Assembly (NCBI GenBank): GCA_947648495.1
Contig: CANSOA010000003.1
Coordinates: 141,256-205,255 of the forward strand
Source: an uncultured Clostridium sp.
GTDB taxonomy: Bacteria; Bacillota; Clostridia; TANB77; CAG-508
Length of the DNA: 64,000 nucleotides
Direction of reading: 5' to 3'
The translations under genes and the position numbers were made by a program. Below, piece by piece: positions 20,580-30,500 of the stretch (position 1 is its first letter; each line of letters starts with the position of its first letter). Below the pieces are notes generated by a model that made no database searches, was not told where the DNA came from, and saw nothing but the letters and a program-made list of their open reading frames with translations.

Positions 20580-21635
20580 ATGAGACTTTCTCAACAAAAT
20601 AAAGTTTCCGAAAAAAACAACTATAAAATCATTGCAGTCGATGACGAAGGCGGGATCATTGATTCACTATCTGTATTTTTGCGTCGTTCAGGCTATACTC
20701 TAGTTGGTTGCACCAATCCACTAGAAGCCATTGAACGTGTTAAAAATGAGCATTTTGACCTTATGCTACTCGATTTTATCATGGCACCAATTCATGGTGA
20801 TCAAGTAGTCGAGAAAATCCGAAAATTCAATCAAGAATTATACATCATTTTGCTAACTGGTCACAAAGACTTAGCTCCTCCTTTAGAAACCATCAAACGT
20901 CTGTCAATACAAGGATACTGCGAAAAAAATGATAAATTTGACCAGTTATTACTATTAATCGAATCTGCCATCAAATCAATCAAACAAATGCAAATCATTC
21001 AAGAAATTAACGCAGAATTAAAAGAATCTCGTGAAAATTTGGAAAAAGCATATTTAGAAAGCATTGAAATTATTCGTCATACGGTTGAAGCAAAAGATAC
21101 TTATACACGTGGTCATTCTGACAGAGTTTCCGAATATTCTGTTCTAATTGGAAAATATATGGGGCTATCAGAAAACGATTTACATACCTTAAAAATTGGT
21201 GGACTTTTCCACGACATTGGAAAAATCGGAATTCCAGATAGTATTTTACTAAAAGAAGCCAAACTAACCGATGATGAATATTCTCAAATCAAAAATCATC
21301 CAGCGATTGGAAAACATATCCTTGCCAATGCTACTATTTTTCAAGAAATTGTACCAATTGTTTTTCACCATCATGAAAAATTCGATGGTAGGGGTTATCC
21401 TTCTGGATTAGCTGGAGAAAATATTCCACTTTTTGCAAGAATTACAGCCGTTGCTGACACTTTTGATGCTATGACGTCAAAACGTTCATACCGAAATGCA
21501 CTTCCATTAGAAGTTGTAATTGCAGAAATTGAAAAATGCTCAGGAACGCAATTTGACCCAAAAATTGCAGAGGTATTTTTAGATATTTTGAAAAATCATT
21601 ATGAAGAAATTGAGGAAATTCAAAATAAATACTAA
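20580..21635 (+). CDS. Response regulator with HD-GYP phosphodiesterase output domain
   Basis: REC domain (IIAVDDEGGIIDS...LMLLDFIM) followed by HD...HHHEKFDGRGYP, the HD-GYP signature. Confidence 0.8.
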   Translation: MRLSQQNKVSEKNNYKIIAVDDEGGIIDSLSVFLRRSGYTLVGCTNPLEAIERVKNEHFDLMLLDFIMAPIHGDQVVEKIRKFNQELYIILLTGHKDLAPPLETIKRLSIQGYCEKNDKFDQLLLLIESAIKSIKQMQIIQEINAELKESRENLEKAYLESIEIIRHTVEAKDTYTRGHSDRVSEYSVLIGKYMGLSENDLHTLKIGGLFHDIGKIGIPDSILLKEAKLTDDEYSQIKNHPAIGKHILANATIFQEIVPIVFHHHEKFDGRGYPSGLAGENIPLFARITAVADTFDAMTSKRSYRNALPLEVVIAEIEKCSGTQFDPKIAEVFLDILKNHYEEIEEIQNKY

Positions 21636-21688
21636 ATTTTTGTAAATATTTATTTCCTAATTCATCTAATTAACACAGTTGCAGTCTC

Positions 21689-21717
21689 TTGACAATTTTA
21701 TGTAAATATGTTATAAT
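21689..21717 (+). promoter_or_regulatory. Consensus sigma-A promoter: TTGACA, 17 nt, TATAAT
   Basis: TTGACAattttatgtaaatatgtTATAAT, perfect hexamers and spacing. About 35 nt upstream of the GGAGG RBS and ATG at 21752. Confidence 0.7.
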
Positions 21718-21751
21718 ATTGTATATTAAAATTTTATGGAGGAATGATTTT

Positions 21752-22324
21752 ATGGTTAATAATTTACTGTATCAAAAAAGTTGGAAAAACCAAACAATTG
21801 ATGGAAAACTTGTAAACAATGTTAGAGTGCGGATATTTAAATCCCCAATTGATGTGATTTCTGATAACTACGAAAAAGTAGTTGCAACCGATGGACAAAC
21901 TTTCCAAAAAAGTAGACATACTTCTAGAAAACACACTAAAAATCACTCTTACGTAGTGCTTTCTACTGGACTTTACGAGAAATTTTCTGGTAATTTACAT
22001 CTGTATATAAAATTATATCTAACAGATAATTTTACTATATCATGTCTAAAAGATGCAGATTTTCTAGGAAAAATCTATGTTGTTGAAACAATTGAGAAAT
22101 ATTTGAATAATGAAGAAGATATTCCACTGTCGCCGTTACAGAATTACTTGCAGAAAAAAGTCGGCAACAATTATGCAGAACTTTATTCCACTTTAATAAC
22201 TGCGGCTCAAGAATCTCATTTTAACCTAGTTCAACAACTTTTTAAAACGTACAAAATTTCCACCAAATTTCAGGCTCTTTTCTGGAAAGAGCTTTATCAA
22301 CAAACAGCAAAAACAAAGCAATAA
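21752..22324 (+). CDS. Hypothetical protein
   Basis: ORF-track frame 21689-22324 trimmed to ATG 21752 (MVNNLLYQ...), preceded by a GGAGG RBS. Confidence 0.4.
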   Translation: MVNNLLYQKSWKNQTIDGKLVNNVRVRIFKSPIDVISDNYEKVVATDGQTFQKSRHTSRKHTKNHSYVVLSTGLYEKFSGNLHLYIKLYLTDNFTISCLKDADFLGKIYVVETIEKYLNNEEDIPLSPLQNYLQKKVGNNYAELYSTLITAAQESHFNLVQQLFKTYKISTKFQALFWKELYQQTAKTKQ

Positions 22325-22366
22325 TTTCAAATTTGAAAAGGACCTTATTTCCAGAAGGTCCTTTTT

Positions 22367-24518
22367 CTATTTCATACTCAAACTCACCTTATGCTTTTCT
22401 CCGTCAATCCCAATGACTTTCACCTTTACAATATCGCCCACAGACACAACCTCTGACGGATTTCTTACAAATTTATCCGCCATTTCAGAAATATGCACTA
22501 ATCCATCATATTTTACGCCAATATCCACAAATGCCCCAAAATCAATCACATTTCTGACTGTTCCCGTCAGCTCCATACCTTCTTTCAAATCCTCAAATTT
22601 TAAAACATCGCTACGCAAAATTGGTTTTGGTAAATTTTCTCTCGGATCCCTTCCTGGTTTTGACAATTCATCTATAATATCTTTTAATGTCAATTTTCCA
22701 ACCTCTAATTCTTTCGCCGTTTTTTCCACATCCATCTGCTTAAAACTGTTTTTAATCTCTTCTAACTTTTCTTTATCCAACAAGTTTTCCACAGAATATC
22801 CAAATTTTGTCAATAACTTTTCTGCGATTTCATAACTTTCTGGATGAACACTTGTCACTTCTAATGGATTTTTTCCGCCAAAAATTCGGATAAATCCTGC
22901 ACATTGTTTAAACGCTGCAGGTCCTAACTTTGGCACCTTTAAAAGCTCTTTTCTTTGCTTCAATTCCCCATTTTCATCACGATATTTCACAATGTTTTTC
23001 GCAATAGTTCCGATTAATTCCAGCGACATACGATAAAAGCGATGGAGTCGCAGTATTAACATCCACTCCAACTGAATTTACTGCATCTTCCACAACACCT
23101 GTTAAACTTTCATTCAACCTCTTTTGATTGACATCATGCTGATATTGCCCAACTCCAATTGATTTTGGATCAATTTTCACAAGCTCAGAAAGCGGATCTT
23201 GTAACCTGCGCGCAATCGAAATCGCGCCTCGAAGTGAAACATTAATATCTGGATATTCCTCTGTTGCCAATTTAGAAGCCGAATACACCGACGCTCCCGC
23301 TTCACTCACAATCGCATAATAAATTTCGCCTTCCATTTCTTTTATCATATCCGAAACAAACACCTCTGATTCACGCGAAGCCGTACCATTTCCAATCGCA
23401 ATCATATTGACATGATATTGATTGATTAATTCTTTCAAAACTGTTTTTGCCCCATTTATATCATTTTGAGGCTCTGTTGGATAAACGGTTGTTGTTGCCA
23501 ATACTTTTCCTGTTTTGTCAATCACTGCAATTTTGCAACCTGTACGGTAAGCTGGGTCAAACCCCATAACTGTCATATTTTTGATGGGTGGTTGCAACAA
23601 CAATTGTTTTGCATTTTTGCCAAATACTTTAATGGCTTGTTCTTCCGCTTTTTCCGTCAAATCAGAACGAATTTCTCGTTCAATCGAAGGTTCAATCAAT
23701 CTTTTGTAAGCTTCTAAAATTGCCTTTTCTAAAACTTCTGCAAACTGACTTTTGTAATCTTGAATAATTTGTTTTTTCAAATAATCGATAATTTTTTCCT
23801 CTGGCTTTTCCAATTTAACTTTCAAAAATTCCTCATTTTCTCCGCGATTAATCGCCAAAATTCGGTGACTTGGCATCTTTAAAATCGTTTCTTTATAATC
23901 GTAATACATTTCATAAGGCGACTTTTCGTCTTTTGCCATTTTTGTTGAAATCACTGCTTCACGAAAACAAAATGACTTAATCTTTTTACGATAATCACTA
24001 TTATCTGCAATATTTTCTGCAATAATGTCTAGAGCGCCATTTATAGCCTCTTCTTCTGAATTTACGCCTTTTTCTTCGCTTATAAATTCTTTCGCAATCT
24101 CAAATAAATCTCTTTTTTCCTTTTGTAAATAAATAATATTGCTAAATGGCTCCAAACCTTTTTCTTTAGCAATGGTTGCACGTGTTCTCTTTTTCGGCTT
24201 AAAGGGGCGATAAATATCTTCTAATTCAGATAAAACCATTGTACTGGTAATTTTAATCGTTAATTCATCCGTCAATTTTCCTTGAGCCTCAATCAAACGG
24301 ATAATTTCCTCTTTTCTATTTTCTAAATTACGCAAATATTTTAGTCTTTCGTCCAACTGACGTAAAACTTCGTCACTTAAGTTTCCTGTTACCTCTTTTC
24401 TGTAACGCGCAATAAAGGGAATCGTATTTCCTTCGTCAATTAGTTTGACTGTGCTTTCTACTTGCGATTCGCGAATTTGTAATTCTTCCGCTATTTTTTG
24501 ATAGATTTTGTTGATCAT
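22367..24518 (-). CDS. tex: Transcription accessory protein Tex (YqgF + HhH + S1); reading-frame break at in-frame CGG (23010-23012)
   Basis: The N-terminal 513-aa ORF carries Tex-like YqgF/RuvC and helix-hairpin-helix regions, ending ...LLSYVAGINR. The C-terminal ORF resumes in +1 with TIAKNIV...LKVPKLGPAAFKQCAGF and the S1 domain. Confidence 0.8.
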
Positions 24519-24522
24519 ATTT

Positions 24523-24978
24523 TTATCTCCTATTCCAAAACTTTTTGATAAAATTCCATAATTTTTTGAAAAATGGCTCTTTATATTCCACTAATGCAGT
24601 TTCTTCTTTTCTTTCCATATGTTCCCAAGTTTGTTCTTGAGAAAATTCCAAATTTTTGAATAAGTTTTCTGGATTATACTTTTCTTTTAGTTCCTCTTGA
24701 TATTTTCTCTCGTTTTCTTCTAATTCCTTTTGCCAGTCCTTTTTTTCCTCTTCTGTACAAAAATACTGATATGAAATTACAGCCAACATTTCTTTTGTCT
24801 GCATTTCCAAATTCAAATCTTCCAAAGCAATTTGTGGTTTGATATAACTAACATCGTAGGAAGCATTTTTTTCTATTTCGTCTAACAACTTTTTTGGTAT
24901 TTTACGATAAGAATTTTCATCTAACTGCTTTAAAATAATATTTAATTCTGATACTGCTTTTTTATTGTTTGTCCACAT
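24523..24978 (-). CDS. Hypothetical protein (start taken at internal ATG after an AAGGAGG RBS)
   Basis: The ORF-track frame begins at TTG 25014. AAGGAGG plus ATG (MWTNNKK) overlaps the stop of the upstream gene, suggesting coupling. Confidence 0.35.
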   Translation of the reverse strand: MWTNNKKAVSELNIILKQLDENSYRKIPKKLLDEIEKNASYDVSYIKPQIALEDLNLEMQTKEMLAVISYQYFCTEEEKKDWQKELEENERKYQEELKEKYNPENLFKNLEFSQEQTWEHMERKEETALVEYKEPFFKKLWNFIKKFWNRR

Positions 24979-25909
24979 CTTGCGAATTTTCCTCCTTCGT
25001 TTTATCTTTGGCAAAAAAGTTTTTTATTTTCATTGCCATCTGATTAAATTTTGAAAGTAGCATTTCTTTTTTGGAATATTGTTTGATTTCGTCCATTGTT
25101 CTTTTTGTAGGATAATGTTCTTCTTGTTTTATTCCTTTATCGGAATATTGTTCATATTCTTCTGGATGTTCTCTATATCGATTATTCTGTTCTATTATTG
25201 TTTCATTTATTTCATCTTTTTTTATATCGCTACCTCTAAGTCCCTTTTTTATTTTATAGTCCCACAAAACTTCATCTGGACAGACTAATCCATCATTTTT
25301 ATAATCATGAATCTCAGTATAGTTTGGATTTGTTACAAATTGAGTCATTTTACCATGTTCAAATTCTACCGTTCCTAAAATATATTCTGGTAATAACACA
25401 GTCTGCTTTAATTCTTCCACTACCCCCATTCCGCCACCTTGTTCAGCTATATCATCTGTTTGAAATAAAATTGGTTTCGTTTCTCCCTCAATATATTCTA
25501 AAGCAGTATTTGGTATTTTCATGATAACACATCTTGCATCATCTTCTTTCCCCCAACCACTTTTGTATCCATATGCATCTCTGACATTAATTAATAATGT
25601 CATATTATCTTTATATCTACTTGTAGTATAGTCTAAGTCACTACCCCCAGCAATCGGCAACCCTTGCTCGAAACATTCTTCCTTTGTTCTTTTTGAAGTT
25701 CTATGAATTAATATGGTATAATCCGGATTACTATTTTCTTTTACTAGCATCTCTCCAATTTCTTTTGGTATTTTTCCATCTGTTTCTTTGCATATTTCTC
25801 CAAAAAAATCTACTCTATTTTTATCTTCTTGCTTTAGTTTTCTTCTGTCCATTTTCAAAAGTTTTTGTACTTTAGGGTTCAATACAGTTCTTAAATCAAA
25901 ATATTCCAT
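24962..25909 (-). CDS. Hypothetical protein, no recognisable domain
   Basis: 315 aa ORF. Charged termini, central globular region. Confidence 0.4.
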   Translation of the reverse strand: MEYFDLRTVLNPKVQKLLKMDRRKLKQEDKNRVDFFGEICKETDGKIPKEIGEMLVKENSNPDYTILIHRTSKRTKEECFEQGLPIAGGSDLDYTTSRYKDNMTLLINVRDAYGYKSGWGKEDDARCVIMKIPNTALEYIEGETKPILFQTDDIAEQGGGMGVVEELKQTVLLPEYILGTVEFEHGKMTQFVTNPNYTEIHDYKNDGLVCPDEVLWDYKIKKGLRGSDIKKDEINETIIEQNNRYREHPEEYEQYSDKGIKQEEHYPTKRTMDEIKQYSKKEMLLSKFNQMAMKIKNFFAKDKTKEENSQDVDKQ

Positions 25910-26100
25910 TTTTTCTTCCTCTATTTTACTTTTTTCTTTATTTTATTTCATAAATGAAAAAAAGTAAAGACAGTTTACCTAAATACTTATAATTTAAAAA
26001 AATTCCCCAAAAGCTTGCACTTTTATGTAAAATATAGTATAATATAATTAACTAAAAATATATTTGCATCGTTGCGCTAGCAACAAAAGGAGGTCATACA

Positions 26101-26304
26101 ATGAAAAAACAAAATCAAAATCGGCAAAATTTTGCTGAAAAAACGAAACAATTAGTATTTCTCGATCGGTGTTTGGAGGATTGTAAAAACACAGGCAAAA
26201 AGCCGTTTGAAAATTCTAGCATCGAAGAAGGTTGTAGTTTATATGCGTTTCATCGTTCTAGTCGCTTAATGGCTGATATGACATTTTTGCGACCAAAATA
26301 TTAA
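26101..26304 (+). CDS. Small hypothetical protein (67 aa)
   Basis: Strong AAAGGAGG RBS and a downstream terminator. Contains two in-frame CGG codons. Confidence 0.4.
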   Translation: MKKQNQNRQNFAEKTKQLVFLDRCLEDCKNTGKKPFENSSIEEGCSLYAFHRSSRLMADMTFLRPKY

Positions 26305-26305
26305 G

Positions 26306-26330
26306 AAAAGGGGCTGTAAAAAGCCCCTTT
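26306..26330. terminator. Bidirectional terminator (small ORF / ABC-F convergent)
   Basis: AAAAGGGGCTGTAAAAAGCCCCTTTT. Confidence 0.7.
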
Positions 26331-26338
26331 TTTCTGTT

Positions 26339-27919
26339 CTATTTTTCTTGTAAATATTCATCATACGTACATTCTCTAACAACCACTTCATTATTCGTAA
26401 TATCAATAATCTTATTGGCAACCGTTTGCGTCAATTGATGGTCATGGGAAGTAAAAATCATAACACCTTTGTATTTTTGCATTCCTTCATTTAATGCAGT
26501 AATTGATTCCATATCTAAATGGTTGGTTGGTTCATCAAAAATTAAGAAATTAGCACCTGAAAGCATCAATTTGGACAACACACAGCGTACTTTTTCTCCT
26601 CCTGACATAACATTTACTTTTTTTAAAGCTTCTTCGCCAGAAAATAACATACGACCCAAAAATCCTCTTACATAGGTTTCATCTGGATCTTTGGAATATT
26701 GGCGTAGCCAATCTACAATGTTCAAATCGTCTTCAAATAAGTAATTATTATCTTTTGGAAAATAATCTTTTGTAATCGTTGTTCCCCAAATAATTTCACC
26801 AGAATCTGGCTCGATTTGACCCGCTAATATTTGGAATAATACTGTTTTTGCAATTTCATTGTCAGAAAGTAAAGCAATTTTGTCATCTCTTTTGACTGTA
26901 AAACTGATGTTATCTAATATTTTTTCTCCGTTTATTGTTTTAGTTAAATTTTTGATTTCCAAAACTTCTTTTCCTTGCTCTCGTTCTGGCTTGAAATCAA
27001 CATAAGGATATTTTCGGTTGGATGGTTTGATTTCGTCAAGCTCGATTTTCTCCAAAGATTTTTTCCTCGAAGTCGCCTGCTTTGACTTTGATGCATTGGC
27101 ACTAAAACGCGCAATGAATTCTTGCAATTCTTTGATGCGTTCTTCTTTCTTTTTGTTTGCCTCTTTCATCTGCTTTAACGCCAATTGACTTGATTCATAC
27201 CAAAAATCATAATTTCCCGGATATACTTTAATTTTCCCAAAATCTACATCCGCAATATGTGTACAAACTTTATTCAAAAAATAACGGTCATGTGAAACAA
27301 CAATAACTGTATTTTCAAAATCAATCAAGAAATCTTGCAACCAATTAATAGTTTTAACATCCAAATCATTGGTAGGCTCGTCTAGCAAAAGAACATCTGG
27401 ATTACCAAATAGGCTTTGGGCAAGTAGCACTTTTACTTTGTCTCTTGCTTCGATTTCACTCATATATTTGTAGTGTAAGTCACTTTCAATGCCTAAATCA
27501 TTAAGTAATTTAGCACTATCCGTTTCTGCATTCCAACCATCTAATTCTGCAAAACGTTCTTCTAGTTTTGCAGCTTTCATGCCATCTGCTTCTGAGAAAT
27601 CTGGTTTGCTATAGATTTCATCTTTTTCTTTCATAATTCTATAAAGTTCACTATTTCCAAGCATAACTGTATCTAAAACTGTGTATCCTTCAAACGCATA
27701 GTGATCTTGTTTTAACATGGATAATCTTTCCCCTTTGTCTAATACAATTTCACCTTTGTTGGGTTCAATTTCACCCGATAAAATCTTTAAAAATGTCGAT
27801 TTTCCAGCACCGTTGGCACCAATTAAACCATAACAATTTCCTTTTGTAAATTTTATATTGACATCTTCAAATAATACTCTTTTCCCAAATCTAAGAGTAA
27901 CGCCATTTGAAATAAGCAT
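26339..27919 (-). CDS. ABC-F family ATPase (two ABC domains, no TMD; EttA/Uup-like translation factor)
   Basis: 526 aa. Two Walker A sites (GANGAGKST, and a second in the C-terminal half), LSGGEK signatures, interdomain linker. Confidence 0.8.
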   Translation of the reverse strand: MLISNGVTLRFGKRVLFEDVNIKFTKGNCYGLIGANGAGKSTFLKILSGEIEPNKGEIVLDKGERLSMLKQDHYAFEGYTVLDTVMLGNSELYRIMKEKDEIYSKPDFSEADGMKAAKLEERFAELDGWNAETDSAKLLNDLGIESDLHYKYMSEIEARDKVKVLLAQSLFGNPDVLLLDEPTNDLDVKTINWLQDFLIDFENTVIVVSHDRYFLNKVCTHIADVDFGKIKVYPGNYDFWYESSQLALKQMKEANKKKEERIKELQEFIARFSANASKSKQATSRKKSLEKIELDEIKPSNRKYPYVDFKPEREQGKEVLEIKNLTKTINGEKILDNISFTVKRDDKIALLSDNEIAKTVLFQILAGQIEPDSGEIIWGTTITKDYFPKDNNYLFEDDLNIVDWLRQYSKDPDETYVRGFLGRMLFSGEEALKKVNVMSGGEKVRCVLSKLMLSGANFLIFDEPTNHLDMESITALNEGMQKYKGVMIFTSHDHQLTQTVANKIIDITNNEVVVRECTYDEYLQEK

Positions 27920-28202
27920 TTTATCTCTCCTTTTCTTTTATCATTGATTTTTATATTATACCTTATTTACAGTAATTTTGCAATGTTTTTATGCTTTATT
28001 TTCTCTACTATTTCAAATTATTTTATCAAACAATTGATATTTTTTCAAGGATTTTCGCAAAAAACTACACTTGTTACATAAATGTAATCAAAATTTAACA
28101 TAATTGTATTTGCGTTTTTCTTTGTGTAAAGTTAAAATGTTACTATGTTATAGTGAATAAAATTGGATTTTTTTATAATTATTCTGTACAAAGGAGGAGA
28201 AA

Positions 28203-29918
28203 ATGGCTGATTTTGATATTAATACAATTTCACTTGATTTTTACCGTGCTTCTAAAGAAGCTTTTTTGAAACAAGTCAGAGATTCAGATAAAACAAAACC
28301 TTATTACTTTATCAAAAAGTCCGTTTTTATAGAAACTTTCACAGTTGAATTTCAAAAAACTTGTCGTTCCTTAGCTAAGCAATATTCTTTGGAACCTTCT
28401 GCTATTCAAGATTTTATTCTGCCAAGACTTGATGCGCAATCTGGAACGCCTATTATAAGTACAACTTCTTCATTAGATACTTCTAAAATTAAAGATTCAA
28501 TTCAATCTTATATAAATAAATATTCTACTGAAATGATACAAGAAAAACTCAATGGAAATCTTGAGAAAAATGAGACCACAATTTCTGAAGAAAAAAATTC
28601 TTTGTCAGCAGAAGAACAAGAGAAGAAAGAACATTTTTATCAGTTATTTGAAGAGTATAGTAAATTGGAAACTTTTGAAGAAAAAAGGAATTTTATCGCA
28701 AAAAATTATAACATTCATATGGCTGAATTAGAGCAGGAAGAACAAGAAAACTTCATTTCTCAATTTGAAAAAACAATGACTTTTTCTAAAAAACTAGACA
28801 CCATGATAACCGATGATATGAATTTAGAACAAATCGAAGAACTAAAAAATAAACTTGCTAAAGAATTACATATACCAGAAGAAAATATTCCTAAAATTGA
28901 AGAATTATATGATTCTATCATAAATGGAAATCAAGAAAATGCGATTAAAATTGCAAAAGAAATGGGTATGACTGAGAAAGAAATCGAAAAAATATCAGGA
29001 GAAATAAAAGAACAAGAAACAGAAAGTGATACTTCTTTTAAAAAGTCATATGACTCAACCCAAAACATAATAGAACCCCATTTTGATATTTCACTTCAAA
29101 ATGATGATGAACTAACTGCGTTATTTGATGCCGAACCTACTGAAGAAATTACATATGAAGAAGATAAAAAAGAAACAGATATTAATAATACTTTAGAATT
29201 TGCAAATGATGATTTTGATAATTTATTCGAAAACGAAGACGAACTAACTGCTTTATTTGATGCCGAACCTACTGAAGAAATTACATATGAAGAGGATAAA
29301 AAAGAAACAGACATTAATAATACTTTAGAATTTGTAAATGATGATTTTGATAATTTATTCGAAAACGAAGACGAAATAAGTGTTTTGTTCGATACAGAAC
29401 CTATTGAAGAAATTGATATAAATATGGCAAATTCCGACCAGCAAATACCCGATGCTCAAAAAGAAACTTTATCAGGTCACCCTTCTATGATGCTTGGCGC
29501 AGAACCGCAAGATTATATTGATGATATACAAATTTCAAAAATGCAAGAATTTTTCAAAAACATAACAGATAAATTAAAAACCATACCAATTATCAAAAAT
29601 CTATTCATTCCAAAAAATACGCTTTTAGAGGCTGGACAACCACAAATAACTCAAACTCAACAAACAAGCAATTTACCAGCAAAACAAACTCTATTTACAC
29701 GAGCAAGGGCATTTTTATTAAACCTAACATCGAAAAATGAAGCTACCCATAATCAGTCTACTCATTATATAGAGCCAGAAAAACAGGATTTTAGTTACAC
29801 TGGTCCACTAAATCCTATCGAACCACAAAATTCAAGACCAGAAATAATCTCAATTGACTTACAAAATAATGCTACTCAAACAGACATAAAGCAGGAAAAT
29901 GCTTTCGAAATTGAATAA
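28203..29918 (+). CDS. Acidic hypothetical protein with internal 44-aa tandem repeats
   Basis: 571 aa. ELTALFDAEPTEEITYEEDKKETDINNTLEF(A/V)NDDFDNLFENED x2 plus a diverged third copy. Confidence 0.5.
   Translation: MADFDINTISLDFYRASKEAFLKQVRDSDKTKPYYFIKKSVFIETFTVEFQKTCRSLAKQYSLEPSAIQDFILPRLDAQSGTPIISTTSSLDTSKIKDSIQSYINKYSTEMIQEKLNGNLEKNETTISEEKNSLSAEEQEKKEHFYQLFEEYSKLETFEEKRNFIAKNYNIHMAELEQEEQENFISQFEKTMTFSKKLDTMITDDMNLEQIEELKNKLAKELHIPEENIPKIEELYDSIINGNQENAIKIAKEMGMTEKEIEKISGEIKEQETESDTSFKKSYDSTQNIIEPHFDISLQNDDELTALFDAEPTEEITYEEDKKETDINNTLEFANDDFDNLFENEDELTALFDAEPTEEITYEEDKKETDINNTLEFVNDDFDNLFENEDEISVLFDTEPIEEIDINMANSDQQIPDAQKETLSGHPSMMLGAEPQDYIDDIQISKMQEFFKNITDKLKTIPIIKNLFIPKNTLLEAGQPQITQTQQTSNLPAKQTLFTRARAFLLNLTSKNEATHNQSTHYIEPEKQDFSYTGPLNPIEPQNSRPEIISIDLQNNATQTDIKQENAFEIE
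29109..29420 (+). repeat. 132-bp tandem repeat (about 2.4 copies) inside the 28203-29918 CDS
   Basis: Copies starting 29109 and 29241 differ at only a few bases. Third copy from ~29373 is diverged. Confidence 0.8.
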
Positions 29919-29963
29919 ACAACCGTAGAATTAAACGGTTGTTTATTTATTTTTCCATTTACT

Positions 29964-30411
29964 TTAACGTCCACCATCAGATTTATATTGCTCTTTTGTT
30001 AATCTGTTTACTTTAGTAAAAAAGCCAACATCTCCTCCATCAGTTGTTCGTATTTGGTCAATCAATCCCGCTCCATTGCATAATGCTATAAAAGTTTCCA
30101 TTCTTCTTTTTTGTCCCTCAAGGTTACTTCCTTCTGTACCATGTGTACACATCGCATTTAATGCAACACGTTTGAAACTACCGTTTTCTTTCTCCTACTG
30201 CTTCTCCTACTGTCACTAAGGCTTCTACTAATTCGTCCTTTCGCTCCATTAATTTTTTTCTATCAAAAGCAAGTGGAACTTTATCTCTATTACAACCTGC
30301 TTGATAATGATAAATAATATCTTCTTTTGTAGCTGTTTGAATTGGCTTTTTACAATGAGCATATACTTTGGCTGCGGTTCCCACAATTTCATTGTATAAA
30401 TTTACATCCAT
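29964..30411 (-). CDS. Small protein (~145 aa) split into two ORFs at an in-frame CGG (30181-30183)
   Basis: ORF 30178-30411 ends ...GERKR*. ORF 29964-30152 continues in +1 (GSFKRVALNAMCTHG...). Skipping C30183 (minus-strand sense) fuses them. Function unknown. Confidence 0.35.
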
Positions 30412-30500
30412 TTCTACATCTCCTTTTCTACTTTATGTTAATATTATACCATACATATTTACATTTGTCAATATTTTCCATAAAATTTTATTTTTCCTGC

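Noticed and set aside
22413-22835. Plus-strand ORF antisense to tex
   Set aside because: Low-complexity S/T/F-rich translation of the opposite strand of a well-supported gene.
24962-25014. Overlap of ORFs 24523-25014 and 24962-25909 as another frameshift
   Set aside because: The downstream gene has its own AAGGAGG RBS and ATG (24978) overlapping the upstream stop, which fits translational coupling of two genes. No CGG at the junction.
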